Assembly (NCBI RefSeq): GCF_048268085.1
Contig: NZ_JBLWWF010000012.1
Location: forward strand, 19,909 to 83,908
Length of the DNA: 64,000 nt
Direction of reading: 5' to 3'
Origin: Neptunicella sp.
GTDB lineage: Bacteria > Pseudomonadota > Gammaproteobacteria > Enterobacterales > Alteromonadaceae
The notes beneath the pieces were generated by a model, which made no database searches, was not told the origin of the DNA, and worked only from the letters and a program-made list of their open reading frames with translations. Positions 41,481 through 51,471 of this stretch are shown here, piece by piece (position 1 is the stretch's first letter; every line of letters starts with the position of its first letter). The position numbers were made by a program, and so were the translations under genes.

Positions 41481-41738
41481 TGAATAGTGTCCCAATTTAT
41501 TGAATTACATGTTGATGGTTGCAAACCAAAAACTATTAAAATATTGTTTTATAAAGAAATTAAATACGGTTTTTACAATATTATTGTTACTCTAAAACTA
41601 AGCTTGAAAGCTCACAAAGTAAGCAACCAGCCACTATCCTAACATTCACTATCACGTGTGTTAACATTTATTTCACGTATAATTTACAAATATTTTGCCG
41701 TTTTTTGTACAACGAACAATCTGACTCTGTCTTGCCAA

Positions 41739-43394
41739 CTAACGGCACTGATCCACTAATTTAGTCAGAACGGGGGATCGCAACCCGGCATTCCCGCGCC
41801 ACGGAAGTTGTCCACTATTTTTGCGACGACAAACAGACGCTTCATGCAATTCATACATGCCGGGAAACAGGTTGGTCATGGGTTGAGGTGTTACACCAAA
41901 TAGCATATAGGCTTTTTCGTCGCCGTATGCTGGCCAGTCTGGCTGGTTCTCCGCGCGAGGCGTACCAACTTTGGCAAATTCACTCCAATATCCCATCATC
42001 GCAGCTGAAAACGCCTGCTGCTCTTTTGTAGTTGGAATCTTGGGCCACAGTGCAGTCGTGCGCTCAAATGACCCAAATACAAAAGGAATTTCGCTGCCGT
42101 GGAACGCATGCAATCCGGCCTTATCAGCCGCAGGATAACCATGGTCAAATAAGTACAAATACGCTGGCTGACCAATTGCCTGTTGGCTTTTTGCTATTTT
42201 TTCAGATGCCCAACCAAACAGGGCATCACGGGCTGTGGCGTAAATACTCTCTTGCATAGCGCTACTGGGATAAAGGCGCAAAAACGGGTCAGCCAAATCA
42301 AGATAACGGGAACGGATGATCTTTTCGTATTCCGCCGACGATTGAGGAACGGGAGGTACCAGCATCTTTAATGAGTGTATTTCACCACTATTAAACCCAA
42401 CCAATAAGGGCACCGGTGCTTGTTCGCCGCTAGCAAACGTATCAATCACCTGCCCTGTTATTACATTGCCGTCTACCACGGGCTGGGCCAGGTAACGTGC
42501 GGCTGCCGCACTATTGGCTAATTGTTGGGGATCCATCGCTCGTAATGACGCCAGGTTTTTTGCACCTACTTTTTTGGCGATATACGTGCCAATCTTCTCG
42601 GCAGAAAACTGTCCGTATTTATCCTGTTTTAATTCCGGCGTTGAGGACAGGTGAGCACTTTGCACAACGGCTTTAGCAAATAAACCGCGGGCAACCGGAG
42701 ATGCCATCAAATACACGACGCTCAGCGCACCGGCGGATTCCCCGGCAATCGTAATATTAGAAACATCTCCACCAAAGGCAGCAATATTGTTATGCAACCA
42801 GCGTAATGATTCGATTTGATCGAGCAAACCATAATTACCGGATATTTTATCGGCCGATTCGGCACTTAATTCCGGATGAGCCAAATAGCCCAGTACGCCT
42901 AGACGGTAATTGATTGTTACCACTATCATGCCCTGTTCAGCCAACTTGCTACCATCATAAAACGGCTCTTTACTCGCTCCAGCAGTAAGCGCCCCACCAT
43001 GTATCCACACAAATACCGGTAATTGTTGCGCTTGTTTAGGTGCCCAGATATTTAATGACAGACAGTCTTCACTGCTGGGGCTGATATCACTGCTGTAAAT
43101 GCCGATTGTTTTTCGACTTGGTTGAATACATGCGTCCCCATAGCTGTGAGCGACTTTTACATCTGACCAGGGGGCAACGGGAACCGGCGGTTTCCAACGA
43201 CGTTCCCCGATAGGAGGTTGGGCGTACGGTATACCCCTGAATACGTTCAAGGCTCCTTGGGATACACCTTCAATTTTGCCTATGGGTGCATCAACGACCG
43301 GGACGGCTTGACTTGCCGTCTCGGCATTACACATCAGCAATAAGTGTGCGATGGCGAGTGTGATTATTGCGATCACGATTTTAAACTGTTTCAT
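41739..43394 (-). CDS. secreted type-B carboxylesterase/lipase (paralog 2)
   Basis: Same motifs as 38476..40119 (FRGIPYAQPP, EDCLSLNIWAP, GESAGA). By eye, roughly 70% of residues are identical to paralog 1, and there are shared exact nucleotide runs such as gcaattcatacatgccgggaaacaggtt. Confidence 0.88.
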   Translation of the reverse strand: MKQFKIVIAIITLAIAHLLLMCNAETASQAVPVVDAPIGKIEGVSQGALNVFRGIPYAQPPIGERRWKPPVPVAPWSDVKVAHSYGDACIQPSRKTIGIYSSDISPSSEDCLSLNIWAPKQAQQLPVFVWIHGGALTAGASKEPFYDGSKLAEQGMIVVTINYRLGVLGYLAHPELSAESADKISGNYGLLDQIESLRWLHNNIAAFGGDVSNITIAGESAGALSVVYLMASPVARGLFAKAVVQSAHLSSTPELKQDKYGQFSAEKIGTYIAKKVGAKNLASLRAMDPQQLANSAAAARYLAQPVVDGNVITGQVIDTFASGEQAPVPLLVGFNSGEIHSLKMLVPPVPQSSAEYEKIIRSRYLDLADPFLRLYPSSAMQESIYATARDALFGWASEKIAKSQQAIGQPAYLYLFDHGYPAADKAGLHAFHGSEIPFVFGSFERTTALWPKIPTTKEQQAFSAAMMGYWSEFAKVGTPRAENQPDWPAYGDEKAYMLFGVTPQPMTNLFPGMYELHEASVCRRKNSGQLPWRGNAGLRSPVLTKLVDQCR

Positions 43395-43472
43395 TAATTA
43401 CCTTACTCCTGTTGCCACTTTTTACATAACCCCCTTTAACATCAAGGGTTGCCATGCTTAAGCAGAATTAAC

Positions 43473-45269
43473 CTAGAAAGAAAAGGCTTCCTCAGATAAC
43501 GCCATTAAATTTTGCGAGCCGGATCGGATGATGCTGGCAATACTGTGAGTGCGCGGCAATATGCGCTCAAAATAAAATTGTGCCGTAATCAGTTTGGCTT
43601 GATAGAAACTTTTATCAGCCATTTTTTTATCCAGTCTCTGTTCTGCTTTTACCGCGCTTAACGCCCAAAAATAGGCCAATACAACATAACCTGAGTACAT
43701 AAGGTAATCATATGCAGCCCCATTAATTTCATCCGCGTTTATTTTACCGGCACTCGTTTTAGCCATTTCGCTAACATCTTTCGTCAGCTCCTGCCATTGC
43801 TGAATAGACTGTGATAACTGCTGTGGAAACTTGCCTGGGTAATCCCTACAGAACTGTTGCATCAGTTCAAGTAACGGCTGCATGATTTGAGCATTACTGG
43901 CAATAATTTTTCGACCAAGTAAATCCAGTCCCTGAATGGTGTTGGTTCCTTCATAAATTGTCGTTACGCGGGTATCGCGATAGTGCTGTTCTTGACCGGA
44001 CTCTCGAATAAAACCATGCCCACCCAGGATCTGAATACCATTACTGGTGGCTTCCAGACTGACTTCCGTTAAAAAACCTTTAGCAATCGGCGTTAACAGT
44101 GCCAGTAATGCTTCTGCCTGCTGTTGCTGCTCCTTGTTCTTGCTGCGATGAACAATATCCACTTGCTGGGCACAGAAATAATTGAGTAATCGTCCCCCTT
44201 CAGCGAATGCTTTTTGGGTTAACAGCATTCGCCGTATATCGGCATGCACAATGATCGGATCAGCCGGTTGTTGAGGGTCGATTCGTACCCGACCACGCAT
44301 TTGAGTACGTTGCTTGGCATAAGCCAACGCATTTTGAAATGACGCTTCAATATGACCATGGCCTTCTTGAGCCACACCTAAACGTGATTCATTGATAAAG
44401 GTAAACATGGCGCTCATACCTTTATGCGGCTGGCCAAGCAAATATCCTGTTGCACCATCGAAGTTCAGTACGCAGGTGGCATTGCCATGGATACCCATTT
44501 TTTCTTCGATAGAACCGCAACTAACATTATTGTCCGGGCCAAGTGTGCCATCGGAATGCACTTGTATTTTGGGTACCGCAAACAAAGAAATGCCCTTAAT
44601 TCCTTGGGGTGCATCAGGAAGACGCGCCAAGACAATATGAACAATGTTTTCACATAAGTCGTGATCACCGGCAGAAATAAAAATCTTATTGCCCGTAATA
44701 TGGTAACTGCCATCAGAATTCGGTTGCGCTCTGGTTCGCAATAAACCCAAGTCGGAACCACAATGTGCTTCAGTCAGGCACATTGTGCCACTCCACTTGC
44801 CAGTAATGAGATGAGGTAAAAAACGCTGTTTAATGTCCTCACTGGCATGAGTATCTATGGTTGAAATCGCCCCACCAGACAAACTGGTATACTGGCACCA
44901 GGCATGGTTTGCCGAGGTCATTAATTCTTTAACCACAATAGCCAACGATTTGGGTAACCCCTGCCCGCCATATTCAGGCCGATGTGCGAGTCCAACCCAG
45001 CCACTTTCAGTGTACAAATTATATGCCTGCTTGAATCCCTCCGGTGTAGTGACCTTGCCATTACGCCAATGGCAACCTTGTTTGTCACCAATCTGATTTA
45101 AGGGCGCAACGACGTTGTCTGCTAATTTGGCTGCTTCTTCAATAATAGTCTGTACCATGTCTTCGCTGGCATCTTCAGTATCAGGTAACCTGTTGTAATG
45201 GCGGTTGAAATCCAACACCTCGTTAAAAGCAAATTGAATATCCCGTAACGGCGATTGATATGATTGCAT
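43473..45269 (-). CDS. long (about 600 aa) FadE-type acyl-CoA dehydrogenase
   Basis: GLAHRPEYGGQGLP, TMCLTE..CGSDLG, ENIVHIVLAR and YRD.R...IYEGTN, plus a C-terminal extension typical of the 600-aa class. Confidence 0.9.
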   Translation of the reverse strand: MQSYQSPLRDIQFAFNEVLDFNRHYNRLPDTEDASEDMVQTIIEEAAKLADNVVAPLNQIGDKQGCHWRNGKVTTPEGFKQAYNLYTESGWVGLAHRPEYGGQGLPKSLAIVVKELMTSANHAWCQYTSLSGGAISTIDTHASEDIKQRFLPHLITGKWSGTMCLTEAHCGSDLGLLRTRAQPNSDGSYHITGNKIFISAGDHDLCENIVHIVLARLPDAPQGIKGISLFAVPKIQVHSDGTLGPDNNVSCGSIEEKMGIHGNATCVLNFDGATGYLLGQPHKGMSAMFTFINESRLGVAQEGHGHIEASFQNALAYAKQRTQMRGRVRIDPQQPADPIIVHADIRRMLLTQKAFAEGGRLLNYFCAQQVDIVHRSKNKEQQQQAEALLALLTPIAKGFLTEVSLEATSNGIQILGGHGFIRESGQEQHYRDTRVTTIYEGTNTIQGLDLLGRKIIASNAQIMQPLLELMQQFCRDYPGKFPQQLSQSIQQWQELTKDVSEMAKTSAGKINADEINGAAYDYLMYSGYVVLAYFWALSAVKAEQRLDKKMADKSFYQAKLITAQFYFERILPRTHSIASIIRSGSQNLMALSEEAFSF

Positions 45270-45296
45270 AAAATTACTCTGGTTAAATTTATCTGC

Positions 45297-46067
45297 TTAA
45301 ATACCGCAGGCATGGATGGCGCCATCAACGGGCAACACAGCACCATTGACAAACGAACCCGCATCACTGGCCAGCATGATAATCGGGCCGATAAGCTCCT
45401 CTAATTGACCTAAGCGCCGAGCAGGCATCCGCTGGATATATTCTTGTCCAGCCTGGGTCTCAAAGTACGCGTCATTGATTTCCGTTTTAAACCACCCCGG
45501 TGCCACCGCATTAACCCGTATATGATGTTTCATCAAATCAACAGACAATGCGCGAGTGAGCTGGATAACAGCGCCTTTAGATGCACAATATGCACTCTGT
45601 CCCGGTTTGCTGGTCAACCCCAAAATGGAGGCAATATTAATAATACTGCCAGGCTGCTGCGCTTCTACTAATCGCCGACCAGCCTCCTGTGCCACGTTCC
45701 AAACACCATTAAAATTAGTGCTCATCACAAAATCTCTGGATTGGTCTGTGATTTTTAGGAAATTGTTGGTATCCGCAACACCGGCATTGTTGACGATGAC
45801 ATTAATCGTCCCAACTTGTGATTCAGCTGTTTCGAATGCGGAATTAACGCTGTCACGATCTGTCACGTCCATCGTCACCGCAAGAGCTTTACCGCCGGCC
45901 TTGTCAATTTCGGATACCAACGCATGTAAGCGTTCAGTGCGGCGGGCAGCCACAACAACCGTGGCGCCTGCAGCAGCCAAACCTTTCGCTACGCAATGTC
46001 CTATTCCACTTGATGCGCCTGTCACTAAAGCCACTTTTTCGGCTAATGAGAAGATGTTCTGATCCAT
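45297..46067 (-). CDS. SDR family oxidoreductase (3-oxoacyl/3-hydroxyacyl reductase-like)
   Basis: VALVTGASSGIG, NNAG and YCASKGA (YxxxK). Confidence 0.87.
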   Translation of the reverse strand: MDQNIFSLAEKVALVTGASSGIGHCVAKGLAAAGATVVVAARRTERLHALVSEIDKAGGKALAVTMDVTDRDSVNSAFETAESQVGTINVIVNNAGVADTNNFLKITDQSRDFVMSTNFNGVWNVAQEAGRRLVEAQQPGSIINIASILGLTSKPGQSAYCASKGAVIQLTRALSVDLMKHHIRVNAVAPGWFKTEINDAYFETQAGQEYIQRMPARRLGQLEELIGPIIMLASDAGSFVNGAVLPVDGAIHACGI

Positions 46068-46119
46068 AAAATTACCTTAATAAAAACCAAGTCAGGGCAT
46101 CACGCCCTCAACGTGTGTA

Positions 46120-47304
46120 TCAGGCTACTTCAAATAACCCGGCCGCCCCCATGCCTCCACCAACACACATGGTCACCACCACATATTTAATCCCTCGACG
46201 CTTACCTTCAATCAATGCGTGAGCGACCAACCTTGAGCCTGTCATTCCGTAGGGATGACCAACTGAAATACCACCACCGTTGACATTATAAATACTTGGG
46301 TCGATGCCCAAGTGATCACGACAATACAAGGCTTGAACAGCAAAGGCCTCATTGAGCTCCCACAAGCCAATATCGTTGACCGTTAAACCATGTTGCTTGA
46401 GCAACTTAGGGACCGCATAAATAGGACCAATGCCCATTTCTTCAGGAGCATTACCTGCGACCATCATGCCTCGGTATATCCCCAGCGGCTGTAATCCACG
46501 TTGTTCCGCAAGTTTGCTTTCCATCACAACCACTGCCGAAGCGCCATCCGAAAGCTGGCTGGCGTTACCTGCTGTGATCACACCATTGTCAACCACGGGA
46601 TTTAAACCTTGCAGGCTTTCATAAGTGGTTGAAGGACGATTCCCCTCATCTTTGCTGAGTGTCACCTGTTCAAAGGATTGTTGATTAGATTGCTTATCAA
46701 TAATGACTTTGGTGGTGCTGAACGGCACAATTTCGTCGTCAAACTTCCCGGAGGCTTGAGCCGCCGCTGTCCGCTGCTGAGATTGCAATGCGTATTGGTC
46801 CTGTGCTTCCCGCGATATATTGTATTTTTTTGCCACATGCTCTGCGGTGAGCAACATCGGCATATAAGCGTGCTGAGCATGGTTAATGACATTGGGATCT
46901 TGAGACTTTCCGACCCAATCAAAATAGGCTTGCTGGATTTCAGAAATGTTTTCCTGCCCACCAGCGACAACCACATTCATGCCATCAACAATAATTTGTT
47001 TGGCTGCAGTGGCAATGGCCATTAAACCCGACGAACATTGGCGATCAATAGTTTGCCCAGAAACGGTCACCGGCAATCCCGCGGCGAGTGACGCCATGCG
47101 GCCTATATTCATTCCCGCACTGCCACTGTTTAGTACCGAACCAATGATGACATCGTCAATTTCTGATTTATCGATGCCTGAGCGTTCAACGGCATGTTGA
47201 ATGGCATGGGCCATTAATGTAGGCGATTTGGTATTGTTAAACGCGCCTCGGTAAGCTTTACCAATCGGGGTACGTGCAGTGGAAACGATAACGGCTTCTT
47301 TCAT
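46120..47304 (-). CDS. acetyl-CoA C-acyltransferase (thiolase)
   Basis: [18 protein letters not shown], the active-site QCSSGL, NEAFA, and [10 protein letters not shown]...CVGGGMG. Confidence 0.93.
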   Translation of the reverse strand: MKEAVIVSTARTPIGKAYRGAFNNTKSPTLMAHAIQHAVERSGIDKSEIDDVIIGSVLNSGSAGMNIGRMASLAAGLPVTVSGQTIDRQCSSGLMAIATAAKQIIVDGMNVVVAGGQENISEIQQAYFDWVGKSQDPNVINHAQHAYMPMLLTAEHVAKKYNISREAQDQYALQSQQRTAAAQASGKFDDEIVPFSTTKVIIDKQSNQQSFEQVTLSKDEGNRPSTTYESLQGLNPVVDNGVITAGNASQLSDGASAVVVMESKLAEQRGLQPLGIYRGMMVAGNAPEEMGIGPIYAVPKLLKQHGLTVNDIGLWELNEAFAVQALYCRDHLGIDPSIYNVNGGGISVGHPYGMTGSRLVAHALIEGKRRGIKYVVVTMCVGGGMGAAGLFEVA

Positions 47305-47352
47305 TGTTCCTGTTCCTTGTCGATTTTATTTGTGTAAAGGGATAACACAAAG

Positions 47353-49482
47353 TCAGTGTGATTCATTATTTATGTATGTTTTGAACGATTTGCCCTCGGC
47401 TACCAATTTTTCTAGCAGGGGGGCCGGTGTAAACCATTGTCGCCCATATTCTCCCAACTCAATTTGGTATCGGTTAATAGCACTGAGGATGTTGTCCAGA
47501 CCAATTTCATCCGCATATTGCATCGGCCCACCACGAAAAGTGGGGAATCCGTATCCATTACAATAAACCGTATCGATATCGCTGGAACGACATGCGATCC
47601 CTTCATCAAGCACCTGAGCCCCTTCGTTTACTAGCATGTAGAGGGTGCGCTGCAAAATTTCCTGATCCGGGATTTGACGCTGTTTAATTCCATACTGTTG
47701 AGCCAGTTGTGCAGCTAACTGAGTAACCTGTGTGTTGGCGCGCTTGTCGCGGCCATCATAAAGATAAAATCCCCGCGCTGTTTTTTGTCCGTGGTGACCC
47801 AGCTCATATAGCTTGTCACAAATAGCGGCATAACTGGGATCACGAGCGTAAAACGCTTGTTTATTACCCTGACGGGTCAGATAGCCAACATCAATTCCGG
47901 CCAGATCGATCATGCTGGGAAAACCCATTGCCATACCAAATTGACACAGAACATTGTCAATTTGCTCGGGACTGGCACCTTCAAGTATCAAACGTGACGC
48001 TTCACGGGCATAAGGTTCTAACATACGATTACCGATGAACCCCCAGCATACTCCAGCCACGACCGGTACTTTGTTAATACGCTGGGCCATACTAATCATG
48101 GACACAATGACATCATCGGCGGTGTGTTTGCCACGCACAATTTCCAGCAAACGCATCACATTGGCCGGACTAAAAAAGTGTAAACCGATCACATCGGACG
48201 GACGTTGCGTTACCGCGGCAATGTCGTTTACATCGAGGGTGGATGTATTGGTTGCCAATATCGCACCGGCCTGGCAGATTTCATCAAGCTTTTTAAACAC
48301 ACGTTGCTTAATTTGCATCTCTTCAAAAACGGCTTCGATAACCAGATCGGCGTCCTGAATGTCATTATAATCTGTGCTAACCGCAAGCTTTGACAAGCAC
48401 TGTTCCATCTGTGCTTCTGTCAATTTTCCTTTTTGTACACTAGCCAGATAATGACTTTTAATCGTATTAAGGCCCCGCTCTAGTGCTTGTTCGCTCAGAT
48501 CCAGTATTAGGGTAGCGATACCGGCACTGGCAAAATTCATTGCAATGCCTCCTCCCATCGTGCCGGCGCCAATCACCGCCACTTTATTTATGTCACGACT
48601 GGCGGTGCCAGGCTTGATACCCGGTACTTTTTTGGCTGCTCGTTCAGCAAAAAAGATATGTTGCTGAGCTCTGGCTTGGGGTGATTGTATGCACTCCTGA
48701 AAAAGCGAGGCTTCGAGTTGTAATCCTGCTGAAAAAGGTAATTCACAAGCGGCCTGTACACATTGAATAATCTTTTCTGGCGCCATAAATCCGCGACTAC
48801 GACGGGCAATGCTGGCGCGAAAACCACTGAAAAAATTGTCTGGCAGTTGGCTTGTATCAACCTTTAGCCTGGCACAATTTCGTAATACTATATCGGCATC
48901 GATCAAGTGCTGCGCATAACCGATTGCCATATCAATAAAATCACTTTCGCCAGCATGAACGCAATCGACAATCCCTGCAGCTAACGCTTTTTCTGCCGAA
49001 ATGGGGGTGCCCGAGATCATCATTTGCAACGCCAGTTCTGCACCCGCAATGCGTGGTAAACGCTGAGTTCCCCCGGCTCCGGGCAAAATGCCCAGTTTGA
49101 CTTCAGGTAGACCAAATTGTGCTTGTGGTAGTGCAATAATAAAGTCACAGGCGAGTGTCAACTCAAAGCCACCACCCAGTGCCATGCCGTTGACCGCCGC
49201 AATAACCGGTTTGCTTGAGTCCTCTATTACATGGCATAAATCCGGCAGACTGGGAGAAGCCAGTGCCTGCTCGGTACCAAATTCACTAATATCCGCCCCG
49301 GCACAAAAAACATTCGCCGTTGAAGCGATAACAATAGCTTCAACTTTGCTGTCTTTACTGGCTTGCAGGTAAGCGTTAAAAATCGCTGCCCGTAGCCTTT
49401 GGCCTAATCCGTTTACCGGTGGACTCTGTAAACTGATTACAGCAATATTTTCTTCAACAGAGTAATTAATCAGCGCCGTCAT
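47353..49482 (-). CDS. fatty-acid oxidation multifunctional protein (enoyl-CoA hydratase / 3-hydroxyacyl-CoA dehydrogenase, FadB/FadJ-like)
   Basis: An N-terminal crotonase fold (FCAGADISEF, AAVNGMALGGGFEL) and a C-terminal NAD-binding HCDH domain (VAVIGAGTMGGGIA). Start set at ATG 49482 (MTALINY...). Confidence 0.92.
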   Translation of the reverse strand: MTALINYSVEENIAVISLQSPPVNGLGQRLRAAIFNAYLQASKDSKVEAIVIASTANVFCAGADISEFGTEQALASPSLPDLCHVIEDSSKPVIAAVNGMALGGGFELTLACDFIIALPQAQFGLPEVKLGILPGAGGTQRLPRIAGAELALQMMISGTPISAEKALAAGIVDCVHAGESDFIDMAIGYAQHLIDADIVLRNCARLKVDTSQLPDNFFSGFRASIARRSRGFMAPEKIIQCVQAACELPFSAGLQLEASLFQECIQSPQARAQQHIFFAERAAKKVPGIKPGTASRDINKVAVIGAGTMGGGIAMNFASAGIATLILDLSEQALERGLNTIKSHYLASVQKGKLTEAQMEQCLSKLAVSTDYNDIQDADLVIEAVFEEMQIKQRVFKKLDEICQAGAILATNTSTLDVNDIAAVTQRPSDVIGLHFFSPANVMRLLEIVRGKHTADDVIVSMISMAQRINKVPVVAGVCWGFIGNRMLEPYAREASRLILEGASPEQIDNVLCQFGMAMGFPSMIDLAGIDVGYLTRQGNKQAFYARDPSYAAICDKLYELGHHGQKTARGFYLYDGRDKRANTQVTQLAAQLAQQYGIKQRQIPDQEILQRTLYMLVNEGAQVLDEGIACRSSDIDTVYCNGYGFPTFRGGPMQYADEIGLDNILSAINRYQIELGEYGRQWFTPAPLLEKLVAEGKSFKTYINNESH

Positions 49483-49539
49483 GAATAAGCCTTTTGATTG
49501 GAATGATGAGGTGTGGTTAAACAACAAAAGAGCAACATA

Positions 49540-51345
49540 TCAAAACCACTCGTCCTGCATTTGGTAGGGTATCTGGTTGAATCCTTTTAATAACGCTACT
49601 TGGTGGTAGATTTTGGGTAACTCCCATTGCATGTAATAGCGTGCCGCTTGCAACTTGCCGCGATAAAAACGGTGGTCATTTTCATGCAGCGTTTTGGTGG
49701 TCAAGGCTTCAGTGGCTTTTAATGCCTGTCTAAGCCATATCCAACTGGCGACAACACAGCCAAACACATCCAGATAAACCGTCGCATTAGCAAGCGTTAA
49801 ATCAGGTGATTCGGCTAATTCGGCCGACAATATGCTGGTTACATCATTTAGCGCGTTTAGCGCCTTTGACAGTGCAAAGGCCAGAGGCGCGGTTTGATCC
49901 AGATTATTTGCCTTGTTGATTGTGGTTAAAATTTCATTGCTCAATAACGTTAAGCCCTGGCCATTATTGACAATGACTTTTCGTCCCAGCAGGTCGAGGC
50001 CATGAATGGCTTCAGTGCCTTCATGAATCGGATTTAGGCGATTGTCGCGGTAGTATTGCTCCACCGGATATTCCCGAATGTAGCCGGAACCACCCAATAC
50101 CTGAATGGCCAATTCATTGGCTTTTAAACAATATTTAGCGGTCCAGGATTTCACTATTGGTGTAATAAGATCAAGTATTAAACCAGCCCGCTGGCGCTGC
50201 TGTTGATTGTCGGCAGTATGTATATCTTCAAATAACGAGCTGGCGTAAAGACACATCGCCAGTGCCCCTTCACTGTAAGCCTTTTGTGCTAGCAGCATAC
50301 GGCGCACATCAGCATGTTGAATAATATTTACTTGCCTGGATTGTGGGTTTTTATTTGAAGGTAAACGCCCTTGCGGTCTCTCCCGAGCAAAATTGAGTGA
50401 GCAGTTAAAACCTTGATAACCTAAAGCGGCAGCGCCAAGCCCAACACCAATCCGCGCTTCATTCATCATTTGAAACATATAAAAAAGGCCGTGGTGTGGT
50501 TCCCCAATCAAATACGCTACTGCCCCTTGTTTTTCGCCGAAATTTAATACGGTGGACGTAGTATTTCGATACCCCATTTTATGCAGTAAACCGGCCAGCG
50601 AAACATCATTGCGTTGCCCCAATGTGCGATCGTCATTAACCAGATATTTGGGACATATAAAAAGAGATATACCTTTAGTACCTGCGGGCGCACCTTCTAT
50701 TTTTGCCAACACCAGATGAACAATATTTTCAGTGATATTTTGATCACCACCTGAAATAAACATTTTTTGGCCAAAGAGTCGATAACTGCCATCCTCGGCC
50801 AATTTTGCCGTGGTTTTAATATCAGCAAGTGCAGAACCTTGGCCAGGTTCAGTTAACGCCATAGTACCTGCGTAAATTCCTGCCTGCATTGGGGGGAGAA
50901 ACAAGGACTTCTGTTGTTCGCTTCCAAATGCATTAATCAAGTTTGCCGCACCAATACTAAGAAAGGGATAACCGGTTGTTGCGATATTGGCGGCCGAGAA
51001 ATAAGCCATACAGGCACGCAGGATAACCTCGGGAAGCTGCATCCCGCCCTGCTCAAAGTCATAGTGTGCAGCTAAAAAACCGGCTTCAGCAAATGCATCC
51101 CAGGCTTCTTTCGTTTCTGGCAACATGGTGAGATTCTGTCCATCAAATGACGGTTCGTTGGCATCCCCCATACTGTTGTGATTAGCAAAATATCTTTCCG
51201 CAATAGTGCAGGCAGTAGCTAAAGTGGCATCAAATATTTCCCTCGAATGCTCTTGATAACGCGGTCGATGCAACAGTCCCTCAGTGTCGAGGAATTCGTA
51301 GAGTAAAAATTCAATATCGCGAAGATTTAACAGTTTTTGGTTCAT
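49540..51345 (-). CDS. long (about 600 aa) FadE-type acyl-CoA dehydrogenase, paralog of 43473..45269
   Basis: Same architecture (MALTEPGQGSALAD, ENIVHLVLAK, YRDNRLNPIHEGTE). The N-terminus MNQKLLNLRDIEF parallels MQSYQSPLRDIQF of the paralog, so ATG 51345 is preferred over GTG 51363. Confidence 0.9.
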   Translation of the reverse strand: MNQKLLNLRDIEFLLYEFLDTEGLLHRPRYQEHSREIFDATLATACTIAERYFANHNSMGDANEPSFDGQNLTMLPETKEAWDAFAEAGFLAAHYDFEQGGMQLPEVILRACMAYFSAANIATTGYPFLSIGAANLINAFGSEQQKSLFLPPMQAGIYAGTMALTEPGQGSALADIKTTAKLAEDGSYRLFGQKMFISGGDQNITENIVHLVLAKIEGAPAGTKGISLFICPKYLVNDDRTLGQRNDVSLAGLLHKMGYRNTTSTVLNFGEKQGAVAYLIGEPHHGLFYMFQMMNEARIGVGLGAAALGYQGFNCSLNFARERPQGRLPSNKNPQSRQVNIIQHADVRRMLLAQKAYSEGALAMCLYASSLFEDIHTADNQQQRQRAGLILDLITPIVKSWTAKYCLKANELAIQVLGGSGYIREYPVEQYYRDNRLNPIHEGTEAIHGLDLLGRKVIVNNGQGLTLLSNEILTTINKANNLDQTAPLAFALSKALNALNDVTSILSAELAESPDLTLANATVYLDVFGCVVASWIWLRQALKATEALTTKTLHENDHRFYRGKLQAARYYMQWELPKIYHQVALLKGFNQIPYQMQDEWF

Positions 51346-51366
51346 TCGGATGTTCAACACCAAATA

Positions 51367-51388
51367 AGTAAGGGTATACCCCTACTTT
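51367..51388. promoter_or_regulatory. 22-bp near-perfect palindrome in the divergent beta-oxidation/sensor-kinase promoter region
   Basis: aagtaagggta|tacccctactt pairs at 10 of 11 positions. The core taagggtata recurs at 51433-51442. Confidence 0.35.
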
Positions 51389-51471
51389 ATGTAATTCACT
51401 AATCTTGATCAAGTCTAAAAATGTAATAATATAAGGGTATATACTTAATTATTACCTTCTGCGGGATTCTA

